Assembly: GCA_903821355.1 (NCBI GenBank)
Contig: CAIJKW010000030.1
Coordinates: 27,897 to 91,896, forward strand
From: an uncultured bacterium
GTDB lineage: Bacteria > Patescibacteriota > Minisyncoccia > Phycocordibacterales > CAIZLB01
Direction: 5' to 3'
DNA length: 64,000 nt
Shown here: positions 30,261-40,617 of the stretch, one piece after another
Numbering within the stretch: position 1 is the stretch's first letter
How the letters are laid out: each line of letters starts with the position of its first letter
Made by a program: the position numbers and the translations under genes
The notes under the pieces: generated by a model
The model's database searches: none
Told to the model about the DNA's origin: nothing
Seen by the model: the letters and a program-made list of their open reading frames with translations, nothing else

Positions 30261-30651
30261 AGGTGGTGAAAATTTTGCGTGTTATGAAGTAGCTCAAGAT
30301 GCTCAAAATCAGCGTGAGTATCACTTGCGAAATGTAAAGCTGGATGTGAACCCATTCGACAAGCATGTACAGCAGTGTCGTATTCAGTAGGAGGAATAAA
30401 AGCCCCATACCTATGTATTTGATTGCTTGTACATGAACGTCCTTTGTGTCACCGTTCTCGAATGTCCACAATTTCTGCAAGATGAAATTTGTCACTTGAT
30501 TTATCACATACGCGGAAATGGCCGAAGCCACATACCACACATGAACTAATTCAGTTAAAGAGTAAAGTGTGATGTAGTACAAACCCACACCGACTCCACC
30601 CGACAAACAAAATTTAGCCACCCGTTTCAATGTTTTTGATCTGATGTTCAC
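30259..30651 (-). CDS. GtrA-family membrane protein
   Basis: 130 aa, 4 TM segments, N-terminal KFCLSGGVGVGLYYITLYSL typical of GtrA-like proteins. Confidence 0.55.
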   Translation of the reverse strand: MNIRSKTLKRVAKFCLSGGVGVGLYYITLYSLTELVHVWYVASAISAYVINQVTNFILQKLWTFENGDTKDVHVQAIKYIGMGLLFLLLNTTLLYMLVEWVHIQLYISQVILTLILSILSYFITRKIFTT

Positions 30652-30817
30652 GGGTACCTCCTTGGTTGGTTGTTCTGTCTATATATTATCTAAAATTGAA
30701 AGTTAAGCAATGTTCACCCTCAGAATATTTTCCAAATCAAAAACCCGCCGGCCACGCTCTGTATGAGAGCGGACCAAGCGGGGTTTCTAACCATTTATTG
30801 GGGTGGTTTACCCTGAA

Positions 30818-31290
30818 TCAGCCTTTGGCGTCGGATGGCGCTGTAGCTGGTGTTGTGGCTGGCGGTGTCGTCGGTGCTGTCGCAGACGGTGGTGTCGCGG
30901 GTGGTGGAGGGGTGACTGGAATCACGACAGGTTGGACTTTTTCTTCTTCGACGAAGAGGTAGACAATGGCCTTATCGTAAAGCGCGGTTTTCTCAATCTT
31001 GACCCACACGTGGTCCTTCTTGTCGTGCCTGTAGATGTTGATTGAGTTGCCTTTCTTACAGGCAATATCAACGCTGGTAGGCCATGACTCGGTATGCCCA
31101 AAGTCTTGGACCCTGAGCATTCCACCGTCCTTAACGCACCTGTCCGCCTGGCCGATCTTCATCGGCAGGTAAATTCCCCTGTCGCAATCGTGGCGCACAA
31201 TCTTGTCGCCGTTGATGTACATGGCGAGCCCGTAGCCTCCCCATATGGAAGCGGCGATGATGACTAAAATGAAGGCGTAGAAACTTTTCA
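30818..31290 (-). CDS. secreted/membrane-anchored Cys-containing protein with Pro/Thr-rich C-terminal tail (GC-rich)
   Basis: Signal-like MKSFYAFILVIIAASIWG. C-terminus PVTPPPPATPPSATAPTTPPATTPATAPS. GC is markedly above background. Confidence 0.45.
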
Positions 31291-31571
31291 TGGTGATGTT
31301 GTTGTTGTATTGTTGGTTGTTCACCCTCTTGCCCTACGGCACCTAAAGAGAGAGTGACTATTCAGCTACCAATAGGGAATTGGAAGTTCAATATTCACTC
31401 TCTCAAGCCAAATTTAAAGGATCTTTATTTGCATCAAACATAACACCTTATATGTAATAAGTCAAGTTTTATATACGCAAAATTTTGACAAAACTGTTCA
31501 TCTATGAGATGATGTCTTTGGATACATGAAGAGACGGTTCTCTTTATGGTTCAGAAGAATCAAAACAATCT

Positions 31572-31994
31572 GTGAATATGAAAACGAAAGAACCACAAGA
31601 ATCTAACATGAAACCTAGAAAAAGATCCAAGCCACAGCCCCCGAAGCCGGTGTTGGTAGTCACACGAGGGTCTACAGCTACCAAAATGGTTGGAACTCTG
31701 TGGCTAAGGGACATGGAGACGGGCGCCATGACGGAGCCGGCGGAGCCGGCGATTCGTTTTGGCGATACCGCTGAAGAGGCTTTGGGCAGTCTCGTGCTGG
31801 GTCCTTGCAGTAGCCTCTTTGAATTGAGGGAGTTCATCAAACTGAATCGCGGGTTAGTCCCCGAAACAGTTGGGAGAAATCTTCTTCAATCAGCTAGGCT
31901 TCCCAACGGTTGTCTAGTGGGTATTGAGATAGATACCCTGCAAAACCTAAACGAGTGGACTTACCACAAGGGCATTCAACCGGTGCATTCGTAG
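31572..31994 (+). CDS. hypothetical protein (GC-rich)
   Basis: 140-aa ORF with a Lys/Pro-rich N-terminus and elevated GC. No motif recognised. Confidence 0.4.
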   Translation: MNMKTKEPQESNMKPRKRSKPQPPKPVLVVTRGSTATKMVGTLWLRDMETGAMTEPAEPAIRFGDTAEEALGSLVLGPCSSLFELREFIKLNRGLVPETVGRNLLQSARLPNGCLVGIEIDTLQNLNEWTYHKGIQPVHS

Positions 31995-32047
31995 CACCGC
32001 GGTCTATATCTGAAACAAAGACCATCTGCTGGGGAAACAATATGGTC

Positions 32048-32074
32048 AAAACTCAAACTCAAACTCAAAAACAC
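32048..32074. terminator. Bidirectional terminator
   Basis: cctccg-tacccag-cggagg followed by tgtttttt; A-run upstream. Confidence 0.6.
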
Positions 32075-32139
32075 AAAACCCTCCGTACCCAGCGGAGGTG
32101 TTTTTTATTTTGACGATTTTATCTTGCAACCTTTAAAGT

Positions 32140-32616
32140 TTATTTTGTCGATCCTGAACCTTGTGGCATAACCTGCACTGGCGCTCCACCTGGTTGTATA
32201 TTAGGTCTCTGGTTGATTGTTGTAGCATTAATACTGCCATCGGCATTTGCTTGACCGTTAGCTGTTATTTGGCTTCCGACAACAATATCAGCAATTGTCC
32301 CCGCAGATGTTTTTTGTACCGCTGTACTTGAAGCGACAAAGATTATTTTTGATCCGCCGTTAGCTAGTTTAACCGTTATGCTTGTCGCGTCTTTGCTAAG
32401 TACTTCTCCAAAAACATTGCCTGCGCCACCGGCTTGTCCTCCTCGTCCACCTCTCATTCCACCTGCACCACCTGCTCCATTCAATCCTACGGCTCCAAAT
32501 TGTCCGCCTCTGTTTGCACCAGCATTTCCGGCCCCAACTTTTGTTCCTGCGTAAAATGATATTCCACCAACAAGAACCAAAACTATTATTGATATTATTA
32601 TTTGATTTTTTTTCAT
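32140..32616 (-). CDS. membrane-anchored Gly-rich protein, paralog of 36483..37055
   Basis: TM anchor, G-rich linker, and C-terminal domain with a GEVLSK…ITVKLANGGSKIIFVASSTAV… block shared with the protein at 36483..37055. Confidence 0.5.
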   Translation of the reverse strand: MKKNQIIISIIVLVLVGGISFYAGTKVGAGNAGANRGGQFGAVGLNGAGGAGGMRGGRGGQAGGAGNVFGEVLSKDATSITVKLANGGSKIIFVASSTAVQKTSAGTIADIVVGSQITANGQANADGSINATTINQRPNIQPGGAPVQVMPQGSGSTK

Positions 32617-32631
32617 ATTATTTATTATTAT

Positions 32632-33852
32632 TTATTCATACTTCAGCGCATCTATTGGATTCAACCCTGCTGCACGCCTTGCGGGATAGTATCCAAAGAC
32701 GATGCCGATGACCGCTGAAACCGTGAAGGAGAGGATAATAGAAAACCACGAGACCTGCGTTGCAATTAATCCAAAATAATTTATTAAGAACGATATTAGC
32801 CAACCCAAAATTATTCCAATTCCTCCACCAATAAATGTTAGCATCAGTGCTTCAATCAAGAATTGCAAACTGATATCTTTGTTTCTTGCGCCAATCGCTT
32901 TTCTTAAACCTATTTCACGAGTTCTCTCTGTCACTGTTGTAAGCATCATATTCATAATTCCAATTCCACCAACCACAAGTGAAATTCCTGCAACGGAACC
33001 AAGCAAAATCGTAAAAATTTGTGTAATACTTGTTGCGGTTGCGGCAATGTCTGCTTGATTGAGTACGCTAAAATCTAGCACGCCATTTTTGATATTATGT
33101 TTTGTGGTTAAAATATCTGTAATTTGAGCTTGAATACCTGCGCTAGAATTTGAGTCTGGAGCTTGCACGCTGATTGTCGTCACATATTCATCGCCAGACA
33201 GTAGTCTTTGTGCAGTTGAGAGTGGCATCCAAATTAAATCGTCCTGACTACCAAAACCGGATCCTCCTTTTGCAACTGTCATTCCGATGACAGTAAAATC
33301 CACCTTATTAATTCTAATTTTTTTACCAATCGCATCAACGTCTACGCCAAAAAGATCATCTCTTACGTTTGGCCCAATTACAGCAACCTTACTTCCAGCC
33401 TGTAAATTTTGATCTGTGATAAAGGTACCTTCTGCGATGGATACATTTCTGACCGATTGATAATCTGGCACGGTACCTGTAATTGTTGTGTTTGTGTTTT
33501 GTCCTTGAGCTGTTACTTGATAACGTCCAGAAACTTCAGGGGCGATTGCTTTAATATTTGTGGCCTGCTGTTGAATTGCAGTGACGTCTTCAAGTGTTAA
33601 TGTTTTTGCACTTCCTCTTCCGGCGCTAATTTGAACTCCAGGACCACGTTGTGCTCCAGGAGTAATCAAAATCAAGTTCGAACCGATAGATTGAATACTT
33701 GATTGAATAGAATTCTGCGCCCCTTGTCCAATTGAAAGCATGGCGATAACAGAGCTTATTCCAATCACAATTCCAAGCATCGTTAAACCTGAACGCACTT
33801 TGTTTGCGAAGATTGCTGAATATGTTTCGTGTAGTATGTCAAATATTGTCAT
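32632..33852 (-). CDS. ABC transporter permease, MacB/FtsX-like
   Basis: N-terminal TM, large extracytoplasmic MacB_PCD-like domain, and C-terminal FtsX 3-TM bundle. Confidence 0.8.
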   Translation of the reverse strand: MTIFDILHETYSAIFANKVRSGLTMLGIVIGISSVIAMLSIGQGAQNSIQSSIQSIGSNLILITPGAQRGPGVQISAGRGSAKTLTLEDVTAIQQQATNIKAIAPEVSGRYQVTAQGQNTNTTITGTVPDYQSVRNVSIAEGTFITDQNLQAGSKVAVIGPNVRDDLFGVDVDAIGKKIRINKVDFTVIGMTVAKGGSGFGSQDDLIWMPLSTAQRLLSGDEYVTTISVQAPDSNSSAGIQAQITDILTTKHNIKNGVLDFSVLNQADIAATATSITQIFTILLGSVAGISLVVGGIGIMNMMLTTVTERTREIGLRKAIGARNKDISLQFLIEALMLTFIGGGIGIILGWLISFLINYFGLIATQVSWFSIILSFTVSAVIGIVFGYYPARRAAGLNPIDALKYE

Positions 33853-33896
33853 ATGTTTTTATTTTGTTATAGCGATTTTTCGTCTTCGCCATTTAT

Positions 33897-34631
33897 TTAT
33901 TGTTTTAACGAATTTATCTTTGCAAGCTCCAAAACGGCATCTTTCTTCTTGTGATTTTTTCTGTCTTCTGTAATTTTTCCATCTCTAATAACAATTATTC
34001 TGTCTGCGTGTTCTGCAACGTCTGGCTCGTGGGTAATTAAAATAATTGTTCTACCTAATTCTTTATTTAACTTTTGAAACGTCCCCAAAACAATTTCTCC
34101 AGTTTTGCTGTCTAAGTTTCCGGTTGGTTCATCGGCCAAAATTAAACTTGGATTGTTTACGAGCGCGCGAGAAATTGCTACACGTTGAATTTGACCACCA
34201 GAAAGTTGATTGGATAGGTGAGTGAAGTGGGTTTCATCTAATCCTGATGCATGTAGAGCTTCTCTTGCCCGCCTGTCTCTTTCTTCTTCGCCAACACCTG
34301 AATAAATAAGGGGGAGCATTACGTTTCTAAGAACTGTGCTTCTGGGTAGTAGGTTGAACGATTGAAAGACAAAGCCAATTTTATCTCTCCTTATATCTGC
34401 CAGCTCGTCATCCGTTAGGGAAGAGACATCCTTGCCGTCCAAAAAGTATGTTCCTGTTGTTGGAGTGTCTAAGGCACCTAGAATATGCATCAGAGTTGAT
34501 TTACCAGATCCAGATGGACCCATGATGGCAACAAACTCGCCGTCTTCAATTTTAAAGCTAACACCATCAAGCGCAAGAAATGCGTTGGCGTCCGGGTCAT
34601 ATATTTTTGTAATGTTTTTTACGTCAATCAT
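33897..34631 (-). CDS. ABC transporter ATP-binding protein (MacB/LolD-type)
   Basis: Walker A GPSGSGKST, signature LSGGQIQR, Walker B LILADEPT. Confidence 0.85.
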   Translation of the reverse strand: MIDVKNITKIYDPDANAFLALDGVSFKIEDGEFVAIMGPSGSGKSTLMHILGALDTPTTGTYFLDGKDVSSLTDDELADIRRDKIGFVFQSFNLLPRSTVLRNVMLPLIYSGVGEEERDRRAREALHASGLDETHFTHLSNQLSGGQIQRVAISRALVNNPSLILADEPTGNLDSKTGEIVLGTFQKLNKELGRTIILITHEPDVAEHADRIIVIRDGKITEDRKNHKKKDAVLELAKINSLKQ

Positions 34632-34701
34632 GTTTTTAGGTTTTTATAGGTCAAGAAACAGTTTTTGAATATTTGTGTGATCAACACTACGATCCCAATT
34701 G

Positions 34702-36477
34702 CTATCTGCCGGCCGGTGCGCCACCACCTGTCCTTATAATACTACTTCCAGTTGAACCACTTCTATTTCCACCTGAACCAAACAGACTTGGCGCCGCCGC
34801 TGTCTTTGCAGCGGTCGCGCTTGCTGTTGATGTTTTGGTAACGATTCTATCGCCAACATTTAAACCAGAAACAATTTCTGTTGAAGTGTCATTAGATAGT
34901 CCAACCGTTATTTCTTGTTGCACCGGAGTTTCATTAACGACAACTGGTGTAGTTGAAGTTGCAACATTTGCGCTAAATACTTCAACATATTGAACACCAT
35001 TTTTTATTTTTACCGCACCATTTGGGATAACAATCACATCCTGTTTGTTGTTTGTGATTACAGAAGCGCTAACGCTCATGCCGGATTTGACTCTATCGTC
35101 CTGAACATCAAAAGTAATTTTTACATTATAATTTACGACACCTTGTGTAACAGTTCCAATCAAGTCAATTGATTGAACAACGCCGGAAATATTTAGGCCA
35201 TCAATAGCATCAAATGTGAGCGACGCCTTTTGCCCAGCGGATATCTTAGCAGCATCAACTTCATTCACTGTTATATCAGCCACTTTATTTTTTGTGATAA
35301 TTGTTCCAATAGAGCCACCGGAAGAAACCGTATCAGACGGCTTGGCTGTTATTTGCGCAATTACACCATCAAATGGAGCTGTAATAAATATATTTTGATA
35401 TGCCAATTGCGCTTGAGCAAGATTTATTTTTTGAGACGCGACATCAAGGCTGTCTGCCCCAGTTGTAATTTTATCCAGGCTCGCTTGTTTTTGCGCAAGT
35501 GTTTGAGGACCATTTTGAATAGTATTTTTTAGATCAGAAATATTATTCATCGAGCTTGATAGGCTGGATAAGTCTGAGTTAATTTTTCCAATCCAACTCG
35601 TCAAGTTGCTTGATGCTGTGTTTGCAGCGGCGCTTGCTGATGAGCTGGGTGTGCTATTAGGATCTGTGTTCTTTACATAATCCACTGTATTTTTTAATTC
35701 AACTAATACACTAGAAAGTTGCTTTGATACGTCGTAAGTTTTTTTAATTAATGAATCGGCTGAGCTTGTGGAGTCTAATCTTGACGAGCTTCTATAAGTT
35801 TGCAACACATTATTGTATGCGCTTTTTGCCTTATCGAAATTTATTCCATTGCTATTCTTTTGATTTTTTGTTTCGTTAGATCTTCCTATAAGATTTTGGT
35901 CTGACAAAAAACCAGTGCCAGAATATAACATATCATTTGATCCGTTTATGATATCTGACAAATCTATGTATGTTGAGGCAATAGAACTGTAGGCTGTGTC
36001 GTACGCACTACTTAAATCATCCGCCGATTTTGTCAGGCTTTGCTTTGTACTATTAAAATCATTTTGCGCTTGAATCAAAGTTGATTGATCTGCTGGCTGA
36101 ACAAGTTTTTGATAAGCAATTTGTGCACTTTGTAAATCCAAATACGCCCCTGGATTATCTATTTGTGCGATAACTTGCCCCGCCTTAACCTCTTGTCCCG
36201 TAGTCACATTTATTTTCAAAATATTTCCAGAAGATTTTGCTTTTAGATCAATTTGATTTGAAGCTGAAACTTGGCCACTTCCTGTGACATTGGTGACGAT
36301 TGCGCCTTTTTGAACATCAGCAATGGCATAAGTTGTAATGGTGCTTGCTGGAAAAAGAACTTTGTATAACTCATAGATTATCAAAATCAAAATAATAGCC
36401 ACCGCTATGCTAGTTTTCTTATGCTTTATTACGTATTGCTTAAATTTTGGATAATTATTTTTCATATTTGTTTTCAA
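34702..36477 (-). CDS. HlyD/MacA-family periplasmic adaptor (membrane-fusion protein), unusually long at 591 aa
   Basis: N-terminal TM and biotinyl-lipoyl-like segments (VTGSGQVSASNQIDLKAKSSGNILKINVTTGQEVKAGQVIAQID; ITAKPSDTV…) flanking a long coiled-coil/low-complexity insert. Confidence 0.6.
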   Translation of the reverse strand: MKTNMKNNYPKFKQYVIKHKKTSIAVAIILILIIYELYKVLFPASTITTYAIADVQKGAIVTNVTGSGQVSASNQIDLKAKSSGNILKINVTTGQEVKAGQVIAQIDNPGAYLDLQSAQIAYQKLVQPADQSTLIQAQNDFNSTKQSLTKSADDLSSAYDTAYSSIASTYIDLSDIINGSNDMLYSGTGFLSDQNLIGRSNETKNQKNSNGINFDKAKSAYNNVLQTYRSSSRLDSTSSADSLIKKTYDVSKQLSSVLVELKNTVDYVKNTDPNSTPSSSASAAANTASSNLTSWIGKINSDLSSLSSSMNNISDLKNTIQNGPQTLAQKQASLDKITTGADSLDVASQKINLAQAQLAYQNIFITAPFDGVIAQITAKPSDTVSSGGSIGTIITKNKVADITVNEVDAAKISAGQKASLTFDAIDGLNISGVVQSIDLIGTVTQGVVNYNVKITFDVQDDRVKSGMSVSASVITNNKQDVIVIPNGAVKIKNGVQYVEVFSANVATSTTPVVVNETPVQQEITVGLSNDTSTEIVSGLNVGDRIVTKTSTASATAAKTAAAPSLFGSGGNRSGSTGSSIIRTGGGAPAGR

Positions 36478-36482
36478 TTATT

Positions 36483-37055
36483 TTATTGTGCTATTGATGA
36501 GGTAGTTGCTGGATTTGCTGAATTCACCGAATTAGCATTACCAGTAGATGTTGCTGTCCCTGTTGTTGGTGGGGGAGGAATTAATCTAATTAATCTTGCG
36601 TTTATTGTACCGTTGTCTGTTGAAGAAGCTTCGCCTAGGACGATGATGTAATCGCCAATTTTTAAATCTTGTGTATTTAAAGTATTTCTAAATTGTCTAA
36701 TTAATGTATCGCTTGAAATACTAATTGTTTTTTCAACGTTATCAGTTGAAGCTACAATAATATTTGGTAAATTAATTGATACGATTTTTCCAACCGCTCC
36801 ATGTCCGCCAGGTAGATTTGCATCTTGCATCATGTTTCCAAAAACTGGTTGTCTGCCCATCATTCCACCTCGTCCACGATTTTCATTAAATGAATTATAA
36901 TAATTACCTTCTATGGATCCGTAGAACCTCGCTTTGTGATATCCAACAAAAATTCCAGCTTGGAAAACTGTAAAAATAATGATTAGAATGATTAAAAACT
37001 TAATTATTCCAAATCTGTCTATTTTTTCTTTTATTTTTTTGATATGTTCTTTCAT
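36483..37055 (-). CDS. membrane-anchored Gly-rich protein, paralog of 32140..32616
   Basis: TM, Gly/Met-rich linker, then GKIVSINLPNIIVASTDNVEKTISISSDTLI…GTINARLIRLIP domain. Confidence 0.5.
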   Translation of the reverse strand: MKEHIKKIKEKIDRFGIIKFLIILIIIFTVFQAGIFVGYHKARFYGSIEGNYYNSFNENRGRGGMMGRQPVFGNMMQDANLPGGHGAVGKIVSINLPNIIVASTDNVEKTISISSDTLIRQFRNTLNTQDLKIGDYIIVLGEASSTDNGTINARLIRLIPPPPTTGTATSTGNANSVNSANPATTSSIAQ

Positions 37056-37107
37056 GTCTTTAATATTTTTTTATTATTTGAAATTTGAATTTACTAAGTT
37101 GAATTTA

Positions 37108-37515
37108 TTAAGCCGTTATAAGTACTTTCTTTGCTTCGTTCATTGCCTTAAGTGTTGACCATGCAAAAACGGCTAGAATAACCAATAGCGATATTATGCT
37201 AATTGTAGGTATTGACTCTACAAGTGTAACCAGTATCTCTTTCCAATATATAATTGCCACATCAGAATCTGAGAAAATAAGAGAAAGATAATTATAAATA
37301 CCAGATTGAGTAAATGAGGCGATGACTTGAAAGATAACGGGGATAGATACTATTAATGAGACCATGGAGATAAAACTTAAGCCAAGAGTTTTAATCTTGG
37401 ATTTTTCACGATCTTTTTGGTCTAATTTCAAGATAATACTATTCACAAAGTCTTTTGGTATAGATATGTCTTGATTCTCTACTTTATTTAATAATCTTTT
37501 GAATTCACTAGTCAT
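37108..37515 (-). CDS. putative anti-sigma factor (membrane protein downstream of ECF sigma)
   Basis: 135 aa with a cytoplasmic N-terminus and two TM segments, immediately downstream of the sigma factor gene. Confidence 0.35.
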   Translation of the reverse strand: MTSEFKRLLNKVENQDISIPKDFVNSIILKLDQKDREKSKIKTLGLSFISMVSLIVSIPVIFQVIASFTQSGIYNYLSLIFSDSDVAIIYWKEILVTLVESIPTISIISLLVILAVFAWSTLKAMNEAKKVLITA

Positions 37516-37564
37516 ACTAACTCTATACGAGGTGGGGGAGGGTTTTGGTGCACATCACTGTTTA

Positions 37565-38128
37565 CTATAATATTCCCCTTAATTTTTTCAACGATCTTCC
37601 ATATTGGCTCTTAACAGTATTCATCGGCCTATCTATGATTTCCGCTATCTCTTCAAAAGTTAAATCTTCACTAATATGCAGGTGAATTATAAGTCTTTGA
37701 TTATCAGATAATTGAGCAAGAGCTTTCTTTAGGTTTTCTTCAGATTCTTTTTGCAAAAATACTTCATCAGGCAATGGTTCTTTGTCTACCAGGCTTGCTT
37801 CGAAATCAAAATTTTCTTCATCGCTTTCAGTGTCCAAGCTGGAAAAATTTATAGACTTTTTCTTTCTCAACTTATCTATTGCTGTATTTCTAGCGATGCT
37901 GAATAGCCAGGTTTTAAAATTTAAATCTGTATCAAATTTTGATAACTTCTGCCAAGCTTTTATAAATGTTTCTTGAGTAATATCCTCCGAGTCATCTTTG
38001 TTTCCAACCAACCTGAAAATAAAAAAATATACTGACTTTGCATGACGCTCTACAAGTACATTAAATGAAGCCCTACCTTGTGTGAGGTAAATAGATTCTT
38101 CAATTAATTGTAGATCTGTTTTTTCCAT
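37565..38128 (-). CDS. ECF-type RNA polymerase sigma-70 family factor
   Basis: Region 2 (FIFRLVGNKDDSEDITQETFIKAWQKL) and region 4 (LTFEEIAEIIDRPMNTVKSQYGRSLKKL). The start is taken at MEKTD; the track ORF extends to 38179 and would overlap miaA. Confidence 0.75.
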   Translation of the reverse strand: MEKTDLQLIEESIYLTQGRASFNVLVERHAKSVYFFIFRLVGNKDDSEDITQETFIKAWQKLSKFDTDLNFKTWLFSIARNTAIDKLRKKKSINFSSLDTESDEENFDFEASLVDKEPLPDEVFLQKESEENLKKALAQLSDNQRLIIHLHISEDLTFEEIAEIIDRPMNTVKSQYGRSLKKLRGIL

Positions 38129-39185
38129 TATTTTTTCGACTGAGTATTTTGTCACCTTTGTCCTTTTTGTTTTTGCCAACTAGATTCTTGCCGGTCGCGT
38201 CTTCATTACCTATAAACTTTTTGACTATATTTTCAATCTTCTTAAAGTTTGCGGGGGATGGCTTAAACCATACAATCCCTTGCCTTCTTTTGAACCAAGT
38301 TCTTTGTCTTTTAACAAAATGCCAAATGTCGTTTGCAAGCATTTGTTCAAATTCCTCCTTTGAAATTTTACCCTCAAGAACACTCGCCATATGGCCATAT
38401 TCTAGGCCAAGCTCATGCATTCTTTTATATTTTAAACCATTTTCATGTAATTTACGACCCTCAGCCAACATTCCTTTTTTCATCCTCGATCTTATTCGCA
38501 AAAGTATTCTTTCCTTGATGGTTTTATCGTCAAAATCTAAACCAATAAAAACAGCCTCAAAGTTTGCTTTGTTTATAAGAGGTGGAACTCTGCCAATTTT
38601 TGTAGCAATCTCAATTGACCTAATGAGTCTTACTCTGTTGAATTGACCGCCACCATCGTTCTTAAGTTGGTTGGCTCTATTTTGATCTAGAGACATTAAT
38701 TTTTTATAAAGATTTTCTGTAGTAACTGTGGATAACTCCTTACGTAATTTTTTATCAGGCAAAACTTGTGGAAATTGAATTCCATCGACAAGAGCATCAA
38801 TATACATTCCAGTTCCACCGCAAATTATTGGAATTTTATTTTTCTTTATGATTTCCTGCGCTACCTTTAACGCGTCCTTACTAAACTTATCCGCAGTATA
38901 AGTTTTTTTAGGATCTGCAATGTCCAACATAAAATGGGGTACACCCCGCATTTCTTTTTTCGTTATTTTACCAGAGCCAAGATCAAGACCTTTATAGACC
39001 TGTCTAGAATCAGCAGATATAATTTCACCTCCAAACTTCTTAGCAATCAAAACTGCCAAATCACTTTTACCCGTTGCTGTCGGACCACAAATTACAACAA
39101 CCTTTTTCAGTTTTTCCGAGCTTTTTTGGTGCTCTTTCTTTGTGTTTTGCTCCTTCACATCGTCCATCTTTTTAGCCTTTTCCAT
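38100..39185 (-). CDS. miaA: tRNA dimethylallyltransferase
   Basis: VVVICGPTATGKSDLAVLIAKKFGGEIISADSRQVYKGLDLGSGKIT is P-loop plus MiaA signature. Lys-rich N- and C-terminal extensions. Confidence 0.8.
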   Translation of the reverse strand: MEKAKKMDDVKEQNTKKEHQKSSEKLKKVVVICGPTATGKSDLAVLIAKKFGGEIISADSRQVYKGLDLGSGKITKKEMRGVPHFMLDIADPKKTYTADKFSKDALKVAQEIIKKNKIPIICGGTGMYIDALVDGIQFPQVLPDKKLRKELSTVTTENLYKKLMSLDQNRANQLKNDGGGQFNRVRLIRSIEIATKIGRVPPLINKANFEAVFIGLDFDDKTIKERILLRIRSRMKKGMLAEGRKLHENGLKYKRMHELGLEYGHMASVLEGKISKEEFEQMLANDIWHFVKRQRTWFKRRQGIVWFKPSPANFKKIENIVKKFIGNEDATGKNLVGKNKKDKGDKILSRKNNGKNRSTIN

Positions 39186-39188
39186 TTT

Positions 39189-39269
39189 GTGCCAGAGGTG
39201 GGACTTGAACCCACAAACCTTGCGGCGCTCGATTTTGAGTCGAGTATGTTTACCATTTCATCACTCTGG
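39189..39269 (-). tRNA. tRNA-Leu (anticodon CAA)
   Basis: Reverse complement GCCAGAGTGATGAAATGGTAAACATACTCGACTCAAAATCGAG…(long variable arm)…GTGGGTTCAAGTCCCACCTCTGGCA. Confidence 0.75.
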
Positions 39270-39384
39270 CCTATATTTTGTATAAATTGTACTACTAACC
39301 CCATCCAGTAGTAGATAGTATTATTCAATATCAACACGATGTCAACACTTTTGGCTATTTTCGGGGGTTAAATAATAAATATTT

Positions 39385-40617
39385 ATGATACAATCTAACC
39401 ATATGCAACCACAGTCACAATATTTCAATAACTCTATTTTCTGGATAGAAATAGAGAAAATCGTTCCAAACCCATATCAACCTCGTAGAGACTTTGACCC
39501 AGTTGCTCTAAAAGATTTGTCTGAATCAATTAGAATGTATGGCCTATTACAGCCAATCGTTGTTACTCGTAATGAAATAATTAAAGAGGATGGCGGGCTT
39601 GCAGTTCAATATGAGCTTATCTCAGGAGAGCGACGTCTTCGTGCATCAAAGCTCGCAGGCCTTACACAGCTTCCTGTAATTATTAGATCTGGCGATGATG
39701 ACAACAGGGTCAAGCTTGAACTGGCTATAATTGAGAACTTGCAAAGAGAGGACTTGAATGCGGTAGATAGGGCAAGAGCATTCCAACAGTTATCAGAAGA
39801 ATTTGGACTTAAGCATGTGCAAATTGCCATGAAGGTGGGGAAGAGTCGTGAATATGTTACAAACACAATTAGACTTTTGGCTTTACCTGAACACATGCTT
39901 CAAGCACTTTCAGAGAGAAAAATTAGCGAAGGGCATACTCGTCCACTTTTAATGTTGGCTGACAAACCTGAAGAGCAAGAGGTATTGTTTAAGGAGATTT
40001 TAATTAAAAAAATTACAGTTAGAGAGGCGGAGAGAATTGCAAGAAATGTTGCTGTTGATCGCGCAAGAAGAAAAGAAACATTGGAGAAAGATTCTGAGAT
40101 GACAGAAATTGAAGGAAAATTGAACGAAGCTCTTGGAACAAGAGTGATGATTGAAAGACGAGAGGTTGGTGGAAAGATTGTGATTGATTTCTTTAATAAC
40201 GAAGACTTGCATCACCTGCTTCAAATTTTGGAAGGACAAGAAAAAATGCAGGGATTTTCACAAAAGTTGAAGAGTGAATTGGCAAAAGCTGATAGCGATA
40301 AATTAACTTCAGTCTCCGAAGATTCTGCAAGCAAAAAGTGGACGGTTGAAAATTTGGTAAATGCTCCAAATTCTGAGTTTGTTCAAAATCAAAAAGCGCA
40401 AGAGGTGGAGGATGATCAAACCACACAGCTAGACCAGCTCGCTCGACCCACTCAAGCAAATTTAGATGAGCAAAACGAGAAAATGATTCAAGATCTAATT
40501 GAGAGCGATTCTGATGTTGGTTTAACTGAAAGTGGAGCACCCATCGATGATTCTAGTCCAGCGGACAGAAATGAAGACGATGAGGACTTGTATTCAATTA
40601 AGAATTTTTCACTTTAG
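39385..40617 (+). CDS. parB: ParB/Spo0J-family partition protein with long acidic C-terminal extension
   Basis: ParB box IEIEKIVPNPYQPRRDF…GLLQPIVV…GERRLRASKLAGL and HTH region. The true start may be an internal Met. Confidence 0.7.
   Translation: MIQSNHMQPQSQYFNNSIFWIEIEKIVPNPYQPRRDFDPVALKDLSESIRMYGLLQPIVVTRNEIIKEDGGLAVQYELISGERRLRASKLAGLTQLPVIIRSGDDDNRVKLELAIIENLQREDLNAVDRARAFQQLSEEFGLKHVQIAMKVGKSREYVTNTIRLLALPEHMLQALSERKISEGHTRPLLMLADKPEEQEVLFKEILIKKITVREAERIARNVAVDRARRKETLEKDSEMTEIEGKLNEALGTRVMIERREVGGKIVIDFFNNEDLHHLLQILEGQEKMQGFSQKLKSELAKADSDKLTSVSEDSASKKWTVENLVNAPNSEFVQNQKAQEVEDDQTTQLDQLARPTQANLDEQNEKMIQDLIESDSDVGLTESGAPIDDSSPADRNEDDEDLYSIKNFSL

Noticed and set aside
38100-38179. 80-bp overlap between miaA and the sigma-factor ORF
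   Set aside because: This is probably a start-site artefact. An internal Met (38128) gives a sigma factor of normal length with only a short overlap.
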